This document shows positions 1-10,045 of a stretch of DNA of 64,000 nt, in pieces. The number at the start of each line of letters is the position of its first letter. Positions within the stretch are counted from its first letter, which is position 1. The stretch lies in contig JBGSOB010000100.1 of NCBI GenBank assembly GCA_041739325.1, positions 3,737 through 67,736 of the forward strand, given 5' to 3'. The notes under the pieces are model-generated. The model was not told the origin of the DNA. It searched no databases and saw only the letters and a program-made list of their open reading frames with translations. Source of the stretch: Treponematales bacterium. GTDB lineage: Bacteria > Spirochaetota > Spirochaetia > Treponematales > JBGSOB01. The position numbers and the translations under genes were made by a program.

Positions 1-179
1 GCGATTATCTCACCCTTATTCCTGAAATGTCTATAAGGAGCGGCATGACTGACACCAGCTACCTGCGCTAAGCCGCGGAGGGTGAAGCCCTCCAGGCCAT
101 CCTCACGAAGGAGCTTGAGCGAGGCCCTGAGGAGCTCTGATTTTAAGTCAGGATGATGGTAGGAACTCGGACTCTTCAT
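1..179 (-). CDS. TetR/AcrR-family transcriptional regulator, N-terminal part only (gene continues past window start)
   Basis: Reverse translation from ATG (complement of 177-179) gives MKSPSSYHHPDLKSELLRASLKLLREDGLEGFTLRGLAQVAGVSHAAPYRHFRNKGEII, a typical TetR N-terminal HTH. It is missing from the ORF track because the window edge truncates it. Confidence 0.8.
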   Translation of the reverse strand, partial: MKSPSSYHHPDLKSELLRASLKLLREDGLEGFTLRGLAQVAGVSHAAPYRHFRNKGEII

Positions 180-208
180 TGGTCTATTCTCCTCCTTCAT
201 GTTGCCAT

Positions 209-262
209 TGTCAACATTCCCACTTGACAGGGACAGAGCTAAGTTTTATCTTTATGTTGACA
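209..262. promoter_or_regulatory. Divergent promoter/operator region: 9-bp inverted repeat TGTCAACAT (209-217) / ATGTTGACA (254-262), each arm embedding TTGACA
   Basis: The two arms are perfect reverse complements (11/12 if extended to CAnTGTCAACAT). A candidate plus-strand promoter is TTGACA 224-229, 17-nt spacer, TATCTT 247-252. A candidate minus-strand promoter for TetR is TTGACA (complement of 209-214), 17 nt, GAGAAT. Confidence 0.45.
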
Positions 263-315
263 CTGTAAACATGAGGATTGCCATAAGGAGTCCCCATAAC
301 ACGACAGGAGGAAAG

Positions 316-861
316 ATGAAGTGTCTCATTTTAAGCGGTAATCCGGAGCCTTCGGGCTTCGATGCCTACCTGGATGGCTTTGCGCGTGGGCTCAATGAAA
401 AGGGCCACGAAGTAAAGCGCATCGACCTAAGGGAGCTAAAACTCGCGTTCTGTACCGGATGTTGGTCCTGCTGGTGGGCAAGTCCGGGCCTCTGCGCCAT
501 CAAGGATGACATGGTTACCGTCTATCCGCAGATGGTGGAAGCCGACTTGGTAGTATGGGCAAGTCCGCTTGTCATGGGTACGATGAGCTCCCTGAAGAAA
601 AAGGTCCAAGATAGATTCATCCCCCTAGCCCATCCCTACATAGAGTTATACAAAGGCGAATGCCATCACCGCCACCGCTATGCAAGAAACGCGGATATCG
701 GCCTCATCGTGGAAGCCACGCCGCAAGACGGGCCTGAAGACATTGCGCTTGCAAAGCGTTTTTTCGAGCGCTTTTCCAGAAATACCCGCAGCAAATTCAG
801 GCTCTTCGCCAGCACGGAGCGTTCGATCGAGGAGGCAGTCGATGAAGCGATTACTGCTTAA
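316..861 (+). CDS. Flavodoxin-fold NAD(P)H-dependent FMN reductase / iron-sulfur-flavoprotein-like oxidoreductase
   Basis: The internal ATG at 316 follows AGGAGG (306-311). The protein starts MKCLILSGNPEPSG..., contains the CTGCWSCW cysteine cluster, and has a VVWASPLVMG flavodoxin-like core. The upstream part of track ORF 199-861 is probably non-coding. Confidence 0.7.
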   Translation: MKCLILSGNPEPSGFDAYLDGFARGLNEKGHEVKRIDLRELKLAFCTGCWSCWWASPGLCAIKDDMVTVYPQMVEADLVVWASPLVMGTMSSLKKKVQDRFIPLAHPYIELYKGECHHRHRYARNADIGLIVEATPQDGPEDIALAKRFFERFSRNTRSKFRLFASTERSIEEAVDEAITA

Positions 862-1519
862 TGGCTCACCGCGCGGGGCCCAATCCAATTCTCGCCTTAT
901 TCTATCCTGGCTTCTTGAGGGGATGGAGACCGCCGATGCAGCAATAAAAACAGATAGCTACGATCTGGCAAAGCCATCTGCCCGGGAAGCTGGCTTTGGA
1001 GCATTCCTAGATGCTGATGAAGTCGTCATCGCCCTCCCCCTCTACACGGACTCAGTCCCTGGGATCGTCAAGGATTTTATTGACAGGCTGGCCTCAGCCG
1101 ATTCCGCCAAACTCAAGGGCAAGCGCCTCGCCTTCATCATCCAATCCGGCTTCCCCGAATCCATCCACTCTGAGACGGCCGCTGCCTACCTTGAAAGACT
1201 CTGCGCCAGGATCGGCGCCATCCATTGCGGGACCATCATCAAGGGCGGGGTTGAGGGGATTCGCATCAGGCCTGAGGCATCCTATGCAGGCTTCAAGCAA
1301 AATATCATAAGCGCGGGAAAAGCTCTTGCCCTTGAGGGACAGTTCCCCCAAGATATCGTAAAGGCCCTTGCTAGGCCCCGGACCCTAAACGCCCCAACGC
1401 GCTTTCTCTTTAGCCTCTTAAAACCAACGGGCATGCTCAATTTCTACTGGAATATGATGCTTAAACGCAACAATGCTTACAAACGCCGTTTTGACGCCCC
1501 CTATGGAGAGGCCTATTGA
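842..1519 (+). CDS. Second flavodoxin-fold NAD(P)H oxidoreductase (paralogous fold)
   Basis: ATG at 842 overlaps the end of the upstream gene by 20 nt. MKRLLLNGSPRGAQSNSRL... and VVIALPLYTDSVPG match the flavodoxin_2/FMN-reductase pattern. Confidence 0.65.
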   Translation: MKRLLLNGSPRGAQSNSRLILSWLLEGMETADAAIKTDSYDLAKPSAREAGFGAFLDADEVVIALPLYTDSVPGIVKDFIDRLASADSAKLKGKRLAFIIQSGFPESIHSETAAAYLERLCARIGAIHCGTIIKGGVEGIRIRPEASYAGFKQNIISAGKALALEGQFPQDIVKALARPRTLNAPTRFLFSLLKPTGMLNFYWNMMLKRNNAYKRRFDAPYGEAY

Positions 1520-1526
1520 GATAAAA

Positions 1527-1555
1527 ACCGCGGATGTGACAATCCACGGTTTTTT
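1527..1555 (+). terminator. Probable rho-independent terminator
   Basis: ACCGCGGAT ... ATCCACGGT stem with one mismatch, followed by a T-run, 8 nt after the stop codon. Confidence 0.5.
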
Positions 1556-1630
1556 AGCTTTTTCCCTCAAGATAGCCTATGCTCTAGCTTGGGCCCTTAG
1601 GGAGGTCCCACCACGCTAAGGGGGCATAGG

Positions 1631-2890
1631 ATGAAACTAAAAACGCTCATAGTAATAGTATGCTGCATGATGGGGCTTCAAGGCTTGATGGCCGCGGATT
1701 GGTATGTGTCCGCGGGAAAGGGTGACAATAAAAACCCAGGGACTAGGGATGCGCCCTTTAAAAATATCGATGTCGCCATTAAAAAAGCCGCCGCCGGTGA
1801 TAGCATCTTCGTCGCAGCGGGAAGGTATGCCGGAAGCTTTAATATCGGCTTCATAGAGATCGATAAGGGGCTCACCCTCAAAGGCGGTTTCTCCCCGGAC
1901 TTTTCAAGTTGGAACCCCAAGATACATCACAGCCTCTTTCAACCTGACAACGCCAGCGCCGCCGCGTCGAGAAAACCCCTTATCAGCCTCTTGAAAAATA
2001 TAGATGGCTTTGTGCTTGATGGCTTTATCCTCGACGCGGGGTATCGAAATTCATACTCAGCCTCTGAGGGCAAGCCGGCTGGAGTATCAAGCGGTATGCT
2101 ACTTCTCCCCCCGGGCAAAAATGGTAGCGAGAACGCGACGGTGGAAGAACCGCTTTTGCGCTTAGTGGCGGGAAATCAGGGCGGTAGCATCATCATAAAA
2201 AACAACCTCTTCTTAAATGGCGCCAATTTTGGCATCCAAGGCGGCATACCCAAAGGTAAAATAGAGATAAAGAACAACATCTTCGTCTCAAATCGCATGG
2301 CGGCTATAGAGCTTTGGGGAATCGCCGCCAGCGTGCTAGCCGAGGCGGAGATAAGCGATAACAGCATACTCTTCAGTTGGAGCCGGCTCAAAGACTTCAT
2401 GGACATGGGTTACGGCATAAGGATCATGACGAAGATGAAGTACAGTATTAAGGGTAATATCATTGGGACTTCGGTACTCAGCGGCATTGATCACACGCGC
2501 TTTGCCAAAGACGAGCATATCAGCTTGGATAAAAATCTCTTTTTCTTGAATAGGCGCTCAGATCTTGAGTATTCACCCAAAAGCAATACCAAGCTCAATC
2601 TCAACGCCCAAGAGTTCGCGGAACTTGCGTTTTCATCGGTGTCAGGCAATTTAAATGAGGCGCCACACAAGCTACCCCTGGACAGGGCTTATCTGGAAGC
2701 CTTCTTGGCGGCCAGGTATGCGGAGAAGGCGGATTACGACGCGAACTCGGCGGCTAACCAAGCGCGTGAACGTTTGGGCTTATCCAAACAGGGGAAAATA
2801 TCTAGCGTGCTGAGTATGTTCGGCAATAGATATCCGTGGGAGAAAGCCCTTGAGCTCTATGGGGCAATACCGGGATACGGCGCACAATAA
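1631..2890 (+). CDS. Secreted right-handed parallel beta-helix repeat protein (DUF1565/pectate-lyase-fold like)
   Basis: Signal peptide MKLKTLIVIVCCMMGLQGLMA. WYVSAGKGDNKNPGTRDAPFKNIDVAIKKAAAGDSIFVAAGRY is the typical N-terminus of beta-helix proteins, and NN-rich beta-helix repeats follow. Confidence 0.6.
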   Translation: MKLKTLIVIVCCMMGLQGLMAADWYVSAGKGDNKNPGTRDAPFKNIDVAIKKAAAGDSIFVAAGRYAGSFNIGFIEIDKGLTLKGGFSPDFSSWNPKIHHSLFQPDNASAAASRKPLISLLKNIDGFVLDGFILDAGYRNSYSASEGKPAGVSSGMLLLPPGKNGSENATVEEPLLRLVAGNQGGSIIIKNNLFLNGANFGIQGGIPKGKIEIKNNIFVSNRMAAIELWGIAASVLAEAEISDNSILFSWSRLKDFMDMGYGIRIMTKMKYSIKGNIIGTSVLSGIDHTRFAKDEHISLDKNLFFLNRRSDLEYSPKSNTKLNLNAQEFAELAFSSVSGNLNEAPHKLPLDRAYLEAFLAARYAEKADYDANSAANQARERLGLSKQGKISSVLSMFGNRYPWEKALELYGAIPGYGAQ

Positions 2891-2903
2891 GCGTGGCAGA
2901 GGT

Positions 2904-2927
2904 GGTTAGGCCAAAGACGGCCTAACC
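2904..2927. terminator. Bidirectional hairpin between convergent genes
   Basis: Perfect 9-bp stem GGTTAGGCC / GGCCTAACC with a 6-nt loop. It overlaps the stop of the minus-strand gene. Confidence 0.5.
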
Positions 2928-3395
2928 CTCCACCTGCTCGATAGCCTCCGCCGGGGTCTTGGCGTTTGATAGAACAGCCATGATACCTGGCAGATATTTA
3001 TCCATCATATTCACCGCAGGATAGATAGCCGTTGAAAACATCTTGGGTGGGGGTTCGATACCCTCAAAATCAAAGGAAGATTTATAACGGATCTCTCCAT
3101 CGGAATAATCCATTTCAAAGTTGCCAATACGCATACCATAGTTGGCACGGGTAATAAATTCCGCGATCTCGGCTCGTTTTTCCTCCGGTACCGGCAAGGG
3201 AGAACAGGCATAAAAGATGCATTGATCGTATTCTCCAGCAATCTGGGCAAAGCAATTAAAGATGCCATTACTACCCTTAAAGCCCATCTTGAGGGCAAAC
3301 TGATCCTCAAGTTTTTGGGGATTCCAGCCATCTTCCTTGAGAAATTTCAGCAAAAGGTCAAAAATCTTTAGACTGTCAGTAGAAAAGCCGCCCAT
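2922..3395 (-). CDS. YbjN-family (putative sensory transduction / chaperone-like) protein
   Basis: ATG at 3395 is preceded by GAGGAGG. MGGFSTDSLKIFDLLLKFLKEDGWNPQ...FYACSPLPVPEEKRAEIAEFITRANYGMRIGNFEMDYSDGEIRYK resembles the YbjN/DUF1790 family. Confidence 0.6.
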   Translation of the reverse strand: MGGFSTDSLKIFDLLLKFLKEDGWNPQKLEDQFALKMGFKGSNGIFNCFAQIAGEYDQCIFYACSPLPVPEEKRAEIAEFITRANYGMRIGNFEMDYSDGEIRYKSSFDFEGIEPPPKMFSTAIYPAVNMMDKYLPGIMAVLSNAKTPAEAIEQVEG

Positions 3396-3523
3396 AATGC
3401 CTCCTCTACCACTATATGCCCAAGCTCTGTCCCCATGCAAGGGAAAAGACCCGTCAGTACGTGCATTCTCAATCCCCAGGGTATAGAATTAGGGTAACGC
3501 GCAACACGAAGGTGGCAAATGAC

Positions 3524-4843
3524 ATGCGAAAGATCAGCATACTCTTTCTTCTTTTCTCTGTTATGGTAATACAGGGACAGAGCTTCGCTCAGGGCAAGAG
3601 CACAGCGAGCCTCTTCGCTAAGGCTGGATTCTGGGCGGAAGAGTCCTTTGACCTCGGCCCCTTGGAAGCTCAAGACCTAGGGGGCAATGCCGTCGGATCA
3701 GCCCAGGCACAGGGCAAGGGCTTTATCCTCCATTTTTGGTCGCTTAAAGACCCAGGCAGTATCTCAGAAGCTAAAGCCCTCCAGTCCTTTTACCATCAAT
3801 ACAAATCCGATCTAGGGTTTTACCTTTTGAGTGTTTGCGTACAGGATGCTCAGCAGGCAGGGAAGTTCGCCGCCGAACAAAGGTTGGGCTTCCCCATCTA
3901 CGCAAGCGGCAAGACGGTGAAAACCCCAGCAACCTACGTCCTCTCTCCCCTTGGCAGGGTTATTGCCTATACCGAAAAGCGGGTAGCATGGAATTCAAAA
4001 CAGATGGCCGCAGCCATGGCGGCGCTACTCGCCGAGTCTCGGGCCTTCCATCAAGGGGCGCCCTCTCTCAAGCCCTCGCCAACGCGAACCCCAGGCGTAT
4101 CGCCGCTTGCTTCTGCAACAAGCACGCCAAGGCCGATCACGACTGAATCTCCACAACCGACATCAAGTCTCAAAGCCACGGTATCGCCAAAGTCAAGCGT
4201 TCAACCAGCTCTGTCCCCTAGCCCAGTGGATAGTCCCAGTCCCAAGGGAGCCTATAAGCTCAATCAAGGCGTCCGCGATGATTCATTCTTAAACGATCTT
4301 GAGCGCGATGTCATGCGCGAGATGAACCTCCTACGGACAGACCCACAAGGCTACGCACAAAAACTAAGGGATTTCAGAACCCTCTTCAAGGGTAGGATCT
4401 ACACCCGCCCGGGAAAAACTTCAATCATGACACAAGAGGGATTGGCCGCGGTTGATGAGGCGATTTCCGTTCTTGAGCGTCAATCAGCCCTTCCCCCCTT
4501 CAGCCTTTCACGTGGGCTTTCACTCGCAGCCAGGGCCCACGCCCGCGATCAAGAACGAAGCGGAGCCCTAGGCCATAGCGGCTCGGACGGCTCAAGCCCC
4601 TTTGATCGCATGAATCGATTCGGTATCTGGCAGGGGAGCGCGGGGGAAAACATCTCCTATGGGGGCGATACGGGAGAGGATATTGTCATTCAACTCTTCG
4701 TGGATGACGGTGTCCCGGGGCGGGGGCATCGAAAAAACATGCTAAGCCCGAGCTTCCTCACCCTAGGAATCGGCACGGCAAGCCATCCCGTCTACCGGGT
4801 AGTCTGCGTGCAAGACTTCGCCGGGGGATACGGAGAAAAGTAG
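3524..4843 (+). CDS. Secreted fusion protein: thioredoxin/redoxin-like N-domain, Pro/Ser/Thr-rich linker, C-terminal CAP/SCP/PR1 (YkwD-like) domain
   Basis: ATG at 3524 gives signal peptide MRKISILFLLFSVMVIQGQSFA. The linker reads SPTRTPGVSPLASATSTPRPITTESPQPTSS.... The CAP core reads GHSGSDGSSPFDRMNRFG...DDGVPGRGHRKNMLSP...CVQDFAGG. Confidence 0.7.
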   Translation: MRKISILFLLFSVMVIQGQSFAQGKSTASLFAKAGFWAEESFDLGPLEAQDLGGNAVGSAQAQGKGFILHFWSLKDPGSISEAKALQSFYHQYKSDLGFYLLSVCVQDAQQAGKFAAEQRLGFPIYASGKTVKTPATYVLSPLGRVIAYTEKRVAWNSKQMAAAMAALLAESRAFHQGAPSLKPSPTRTPGVSPLASATSTPRPITTESPQPTSSLKATVSPKSSVQPALSPSPVDSPSPKGAYKLNQGVRDDSFLNDLERDVMREMNLLRTDPQGYAQKLRDFRTLFKGRIYTRPGKTSIMTQEGLAAVDEAISVLERQSALPPFSLSRGLSLAARAHARDQERSGALGHSGSDGSSPFDRMNRFGIWQGSAGENISYGGDTGEDIVIQLFVDDGVPGRGHRKNMLSPSFLTLGIGTASHPVYRVVCVQDFAGGYGEK

Positions 4844-4873
4844 GGTGAAAGATTCTCTATCCTGCCGGAACTA

Positions 4874-5725
4874 TTAGCACAAGGTAGATCGAATAAGATC
4901 CTTCTCTATACGCGCCGCCTCTTTTCCCAGGCAAGCCAACTGGGCATCCAGAACAATCTCAATAAAACGAGTGCGCTCGCGACGTATCTTGCCAGCGGCA
5001 ATACCGCGCTCTATCCACGTCCAGCCAGAGACGCCCAAGCCAAAGACAGCACCCCAGAGATAAGCGCTTTGATGAATAACCGCGTCTGTCCTGTAACGCC
5101 GTTCTAGGTCAACTTGATCTGGGTGAGTATCGTAATAATGCCATCCATCGAGTAGGGAAATAACAAGCGTCAAACCAAGGGCCAGGCCTACCTTAGGAAG
5201 GGCCTTTACCCATCCACTTTTTTCCGATCGCATGGGTGAACGCGCGGCAAGGCTCAAAGGCAAACCGAGGGGAAGCCCAACCCACCAGGTGGCGATGCTC
5301 CCCCACGTGAGGGCGTAGAGAAAGGGGATTTGGGCGCTATAAAGAGCATCGTTGAGGGCCGGAGCCATTGCGCCCAAATTGTCGTAGTGGAACCCGGTAG
5401 AAAAATACTCGATGCAGATACTCGCGGTAATAGAGTCCATGACGATTCCATAGACTATGGCGGAAAGTGTGGTCATAGCAAGAATTTTTCCCGTTTCCAT
5501 CGTTTCTCTCAGGGCCGTGCGAGCCCCCGATTCATCCTCCAATTGGCCGATATAAGCTACATAGCGAGGACATTCACGCTTTAGGTTATCGAGAAGTTCC
5601 ATGTTAACGGATTCAAGGGTAGAAAGGGCCTTAGCGTAGGGTCGTAGAGACTCGGCGAATGTCTTATGGGGAGCGGCTAACAAAAGAGTAACGGTAATAA
5701 AGATTATTGAAATATGAAATTGCAT
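4874..5725 (-). CDS. Hypothetical multi-pass membrane protein with N-terminal signal sequence
   Basis: ATG at 5725 is preceded by GGAGGAGG. MQFHISIIFITVTLLLAAPHKTFA is followed by several hydrophobic segments. I did not recognise a family. Confidence 0.5.
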   Translation of the reverse strand: MQFHISIIFITVTLLLAAPHKTFAESLRPYAKALSTLESVNMELLDNLKRECPRYVAYIGQLEDESGARTALRETMETGKILAMTTLSAIVYGIVMDSITASICIEYFSTGFHYDNLGAMAPALNDALYSAQIPFLYALTWGSIATWWVGLPLGLPLSLAARSPMRSEKSGWVKALPKVGLALGLTLVISLLDGWHYYDTHPDQVDLERRYRTDAVIHQSAYLWGAVFGLGVSGWTWIERGIAAGKIRRERTRFIEIVLDAQLACLGKEAARIEKDLIRSTLC

Positions 5726-5806
5726 ATACTCCTCCTCCATGACTTTTCTCGGAATATCGCTCAAAGCTGGAATCCTCGTCAAGACATGCATTATACTTAG
5801 GCATTG

Positions 5807-6838
5807 ATGAAAGACATTAAAACTACAAACAGCTCTTCAACATCGGATTTACGCCTGGCGGCGATATACCCCCGAGGCGGCATAGGACTCATACTACGGG
5901 TTATCGGGCCCCTCCTTGACCGCCTACTGGGGATCAAAAAGCTACGACGGCTCTATGAACGCCACAACCTGGCCGGGCTTGAGAAATACCATTTCCTAGA
6001 CCAGATGATCGCGGCGCTAAAACTTGATTATCGCTACAATGCTGAGGAGCTGAAACTCATACCGAGGGAAGGGCCGGTAATTCTAGTCGCCAATCACCCG
6101 CTTGGCGGCTTAGAAGGCGTCTTACTCGCTTCAATCCTGCGGCATGTCAGGCCGGACTACAAGATATTTGTTAACATCGTCCAACGCTATATTTGTGAGC
6201 TTGAAGACTTTTTCATTTTTACCAATCCGATGTTCCCCGGATCCAAGGAGAATTTCAATTCTCTTTCTCAAGCTAGAAAATGGATCTCTGCCAGGCACTG
6301 CTTCTTGATTTTTCCGGCCGGCAGGGTCGGCGTTTACCGCCCCGAAAAGGGCTATGTAACCGACGAGTTCTGGGATCAAGTAGCTCTTTCACTCTCACAG
6401 ATGGTGAAGGCGCCTATCGTGCCTATCTTCGTTTCCGGCTCATCAAGCCGTCTCTTCAATATACTCTCACGCCATATCTACCCCATGAAGCTCTTCATGT
6501 TAGTGCACGAGTTTTTAAGCAGCTTTGGCAAACGCATTGAATTCTACGTGGGAAAGCCAGTCAGCCCCGAAAGGTTTAAGACCATGAGCAGGGTACGCGC
6601 TAACGCCTGGCTGCGGATGCTTACCTATCTCCAAGCCCCGATATACGGCGATGCGCCAGACAGGGTTGCCGCGAAGGCTCAGGCCTTACGCCAAGCAGCC
6701 AAGCATAGACCGCAACCTTACCGGCTACGCAAGCGCTGTCCTCAAGAACATCCCCTCCACCCGGAGGTTGAGGATTACGTCCGGAAATACGGGCTCTCCG
6801 CGGCGGAGCTCGATGAGCTTATCGCGCGGTTGAAGTAA
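5807..6838 (+). CDS. Lysophospholipid acyltransferase superfamily protein (PlsC-like, putative-hemolysin subgroup)
   Basis: VANHPLGGLEGV (NHxxxx-acidic motif) and FPAGRVG (acyl-acceptor pocket motif). The first ATG is at 5807; position 5804 is TTG. Confidence 0.6.
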   Translation: MKDIKTTNSSSTSDLRLAAIYPRGGIGLILRVIGPLLDRLLGIKKLRRLYERHNLAGLEKYHFLDQMIAALKLDYRYNAEELKLIPREGPVILVANHPLGGLEGVLLASILRHVRPDYKIFVNIVQRYICELEDFFIFTNPMFPGSKENFNSLSQARKWISARHCFLIFPAGRVGVYRPEKGYVTDEFWDQVALSLSQMVKAPIVPIFVSGSSSRLFNILSRHIYPMKLFMLVHEFLSSFGKRIEFYVGKPVSPERFKTMSRVRANAWLRMLTYLQAPIYGDAPDRVAAKAQALRQAAKHRPQPYRLRKRCPQEHPLHPEVEDYVRKYGLSAAELDELIARLK

Positions 6839-6841
6839 GGG

Positions 6842-7552
6842 TCATGCGAGCATATAGCGGCCGAGAATGCTCAAATACCCGGCAGAGACGATCATATGGC
6901 AGAGAAGGCAGAAAAAAAGACTTCCTGTTTTTTCTCGAATGATGCCCCACAGAAATCCGGATCCGATGATACCGACCATGAAAAGGGCTATGGAAAAAAC
7001 GTTGGGCACCAACCTTGATATAACAAAGATATGCTGTAACCCAAAGATGAGAGCCGGGATAGCCACAGCCCAAAAGCGCGGTTTGTAATCCTTAAGAAGA
7101 TAATGCACATAGCCACGCCAAAAGATTTCTTCAATGCCTCCGTTGAGGGTAAGGGCTATAAAAAAGAAAAGGGCGGCCGGGCCGGGCTTGATTCCCCACT
7201 GCGCTACGACGCTGATAGCCCTGTTCTCTCGTAGGAAAACTGCATCCAAAAAATAAAAGGCCAGAAACATTGCGCCGGCCATCCCTAAACCCAAGAGACT
7301 TGAATAGATCAAGTTTTTTTTTGACACAGGGCTCAGGCGAAGTTCGCGGATAATCTCCGTGAGCGGTATTTTAGCAAAATCAAGCAAATACCCTAAGGGA
7401 AGGAGCAGACAAGCAAACAGGGAGTAGAGAGCAAGCGAGATGTAAAGGCTATTGAATATAGCCAAACTGACCCACTGCATCAGCACGGCGAACAACATGG
7501 CTATCAGGGCCGTAGTCCATGCTTTTAACATTGGTTTTTCGATACTGCTCAT
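6842..7552 (-). CDS. CPBP-family intramembrane glutamic endopeptidase (CAAX protease-like)
   Basis: EEIFWRGY, FGLQH and CHMIVS motifs in a polytopic membrane protein. Confidence 0.75.
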   Translation of the reverse strand: MSSIEKPMLKAWTTALIAMLFAVLMQWVSLAIFNSLYISLALYSLFACLLLPLGYLLDFAKIPLTEIIRELRLSPVSKKNLIYSSLLGLGMAGAMFLAFYFLDAVFLRENRAISVVAQWGIKPGPAALFFFIALTLNGGIEEIFWRGYVHYLLKDYKPRFWAVAIPALIFGLQHIFVISRLVPNVFSIALFMVGIIGSGFLWGIIREKTGSLFFCLLCHMIVSAGYLSILGRYMLA

Positions 7553-7670
7553 ATTTTCAGTATCGGCTTGGGCTTGTGAACTGTCAAGCGACCCGCCAAT
7601 TCACGCTAGACCTGATACCTATCTCCTTAAATATAGTCTCAGCTTACTTTTTTAAGGAAAACATTGCACA

Positions 7671-8375
7671 ATGGGTTATACTTTCTTTATGATCCGAACT
7701 ATGCCGCGATTTGTCTTACTCAATGTACTTCTTTTTTTATCTTTTTTATGCACCACGCCCCTAAACCAAGGACTCTTTTCAGAGGAAAACTCCGATGCCG
7801 AAGCTCTCATCCATGCACGCCGCGGGGCCTTGGTAAAAGCGGCACGCTCATTCCTCGGACAAAAAAAAATAGCAGTCCCCGGCAAACGATTCAACTCGGA
7901 TTGCTCGGGAACGATATTCGCCATCTGCTGGACTGCCGGACTGGACTTGCAGGCCCTCAGCACAAAAAGCGGTGGAAAGAGCGGGACTGAAAGCATCTAC
8001 CGCAGTTTTTCCGCGGCCGCTTTACTGAGACACAGCAAGGAAGAACCCCTAGCCGGCGACATCATTTTCTGGGATGACAGCTATGACCATAACGGAAACG
8101 GGAAGGTTGACGACCCCCTTTCACACGTGGGAATCGTTGTTTCCGTTGAAAAAAACGGCCGCATCGGCTATCTGCATTACCGCTACGATAAGGGAGTCGT
8201 TGAAGAATATATGAATCTACGCATGCCTCAGGTAAAGGACGACCCCCAGGGCTTGCGTATGAATTCCAACATGCGCATCTCCAGCTGGAAGCCGGAAAAA
8301 GACAGCAGACAGCTCTCCGGCGAACTCTATCATTGTGCCGGCATCACCCCGGCGCTCAAAGCAGAATGGAGATAG
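7671..8375 (+). CDS. NlpC/P60 (C40) family cell-wall peptidase, secreted
   Basis: DCSGT catalytic-Cys context and SHVGIVVSV His context, with an N-terminal hydrophobic signal. The start codon is uncertain. Confidence 0.6.
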   Translation: MGYTFFMIRTMPRFVLLNVLLFLSFLCTTPLNQGLFSEENSDAEALIHARRGALVKAARSFLGQKKIAVPGKRFNSDCSGTIFAICWTAGLDLQALSTKSGGKSGTESIYRSFSAAALLRHSKEEPLAGDIIFWDDSYDHNGNGKVDDPLSHVGIVVSVEKNGRIGYLHYRYDKGVVEEYMNLRMPQVKDDPQGLRMNSNMRISSWKPEKDSRQLSGELYHCAGITPALKAEWR

Positions 8376-8392
8376 ACCCCAGGTCCACGCAT

Positions 8393-10045
8393 CTACTGAG
8401 CTAGGCTTTCCACAAAGTCCAGGCTACCCAATCCGCGGATAGCGGCATCGAGCTCGCGCATGCAGGCCTCACTGCGCTGGCCAAGTTCCTTAAGGGAAGC
8501 GGCCCTGACAAGCATTTCTTCCAAGCCCCGGGCTATCCCATCCATATCCGCGACCGATTCCGAAGCCTTAGCCCGTACAGACTCGATAGCGCCATTATTG
8601 CCCGCGACCATATCGTCCACGGAGCCGATTGATTGGGCCATTCCGGATGATCCATCCACGACGGCGCTGACTACCTTATCGATCTCAGTGGTTCCGGAGC
8701 TCAGCTCTTTAAGCCCGGCTGATATCTCCTCGAAGGCCCCTCGGGTCTGTGCCGTCCGAGCCCCGATATCCTCAAAGGAACGGTCTATCCCTCCGTGGGC
8801 CGCGGCAGCCCTGGCCACGTCGTCAAGAAAGGCGCGCAGGCCCTCGGTTATGGCGTGGATGTTTTCGCCAGTCTGCTCGGAGAGGCGCCGAATTTCGTCT
8901 GCAACGACGGCGAAGCCCTTACCGCTGTCGCCGGCGTGGGCCGCCTCAATTGCCGCGTTCATAGCCAGGAGATTTGTCTGGCCAGCGATGGATGTGATCA
9001 CGTCGACAACGGAAAGAAGGGAGTCGGCGTTTTCGGAAATGCGTCGCATGGATTCCGAGGCAAGGGCGGCCGCGTCTTCGCCAAGGCCGATGCTGGCGCT
9101 TAAGCTAGCAACGCTCTCCCGGCTGCGCTCGGACACGCCGGCCATAGTTTGGATAGCCTGAGTCATTTGATTTACCGCCGCCGAGGCCTGAACTGCGATA
9201 GTCCGGTAGGATTCGCCTGAACGGCCCAGGTCATCGGCCGCCACGACTATCTCGTCGTTTGCCCGCTTTGCCTCGCCAAGATCCCCGGAAAGCGCGGATA
9301 GCCGGGCCTTGGAGGAAGTCACGCCCGAATCGATATCGGCAAGCCCGCTCTCCATACCGCGCGCCTCGCCGATGAGTGTGGTTCCAACGTCCAAGCCATC
9401 GCGCACAGTAGCCATAACAGCTTCGATTTCCTTCATCTTATCCGCCGACTTGGCGGCGTCTTCCCTCAGGCGTTTGGCGTAGGAATTCATAATGCTCACT
9501 AAGGCATAGGAGCAGACGCCCGTTATGGAAATGCCAATCGTTCCATTGATAAAGCCGGTGCCAGCGGCAGCTGCGATTGGCCCAGTCTCATCGCGGATCA
9601 GGAAGAAAACCAAGGCGTTATTGAGGGCAAAAACCAAGCTGGCGACAGGGACCTGCCAGGGTCGGCCGAAGACGGCAAGAAAAACGACCATATAGGGCAT
9701 ATAGAACACATAGGACGTGAAAGCGGTTTCCGGCGACGAGATGGCATTGACGACGCGAATCAGACTAATAACGACGATTGTCGGGATAGCGTAGGCACCG
9801 ACGGCCAGGTTGAGCCGCCCACTGCGAAGGATAAACAAACTGACAATGACCAGGAGGGCTATTCCAGCCGCACCTAAGAGCCCTTTGAGAGCCATATCTG
9901 ACGGTAGCCCAAGGGAATAATATCCGATGGGTATAAAGGCTAAAAGGAGAAGCATGAGAAAGCTGTAATAGAGATACATCCTGGCCTTGTTCCTATCTAT
10001 AAAATCCTGATTCGCGTACGAAGAAAGAAAGAAATCCTTAAGCAT
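8393..10045 (-). CDS. Methyl-accepting chemotaxis protein with polytopic N-terminal membrane domain
   Basis: Highly conserved MCP signalling hairpin [37 protein letters not shown]. Confidence 0.9.
   Translation of the reverse strand: MLKDFFLSSYANQDFIDRNKARMYLYYSFLMLLLLAFIPIGYYSLGLPSDMALKGLLGAAGIALLVIVSLFILRSGRLNLAVGAYAIPTIVVISLIRVVNAISSPETAFTSYVFYMPYMVVFLAVFGRPWQVPVASLVFALNNALVFFLIRDETGPIAAAAGTGFINGTIGISITGVCSYALVSIMNSYAKRLREDAAKSADKMKEIEAVMATVRDGLDVGTTLIGEARGMESGLADIDSGVTSSKARLSALSGDLGEAKRANDEIVVAADDLGRSGESYRTIAVQASAAVNQMTQAIQTMAGVSERSRESVASLSASIGLGEDAAALASESMRRISENADSLLSVVDVITSIAGQTNLLAMNAAIEAAHAGDSGKGFAVVADEIRRLSEQTGENIHAITEGLRAFLDDVARAAAAHGGIDRSFEDIGARTAQTRGAFEEISAGLKELSSGTTEIDKVVSAVVDGSSGMAQSIGSVDDMVAGNNGAIESVRAKASESVADMDGIARGLEEMLVRAASLKELGQRSEACMRELDAAIRGLGSLDFVESLAQ

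Noticed and set aside
8460-9161. Long ORFs antisense to well-supported genes, for example 8460-9161(+), 15351-16085(-), 24675-25355(-), 45763-46266(+), 47386-47958(+), 49751-50371(+), 53698-54540(+) and 31112-31561(-).
   Set aside because: They lie entirely inside genes with strong family signatures on the other strand. They have Arg/Ala/Gly/Pro-rich, low-complexity translations typical of shadow frames in GC-rich DNA, and they lack Shine-Dalgarno sites.
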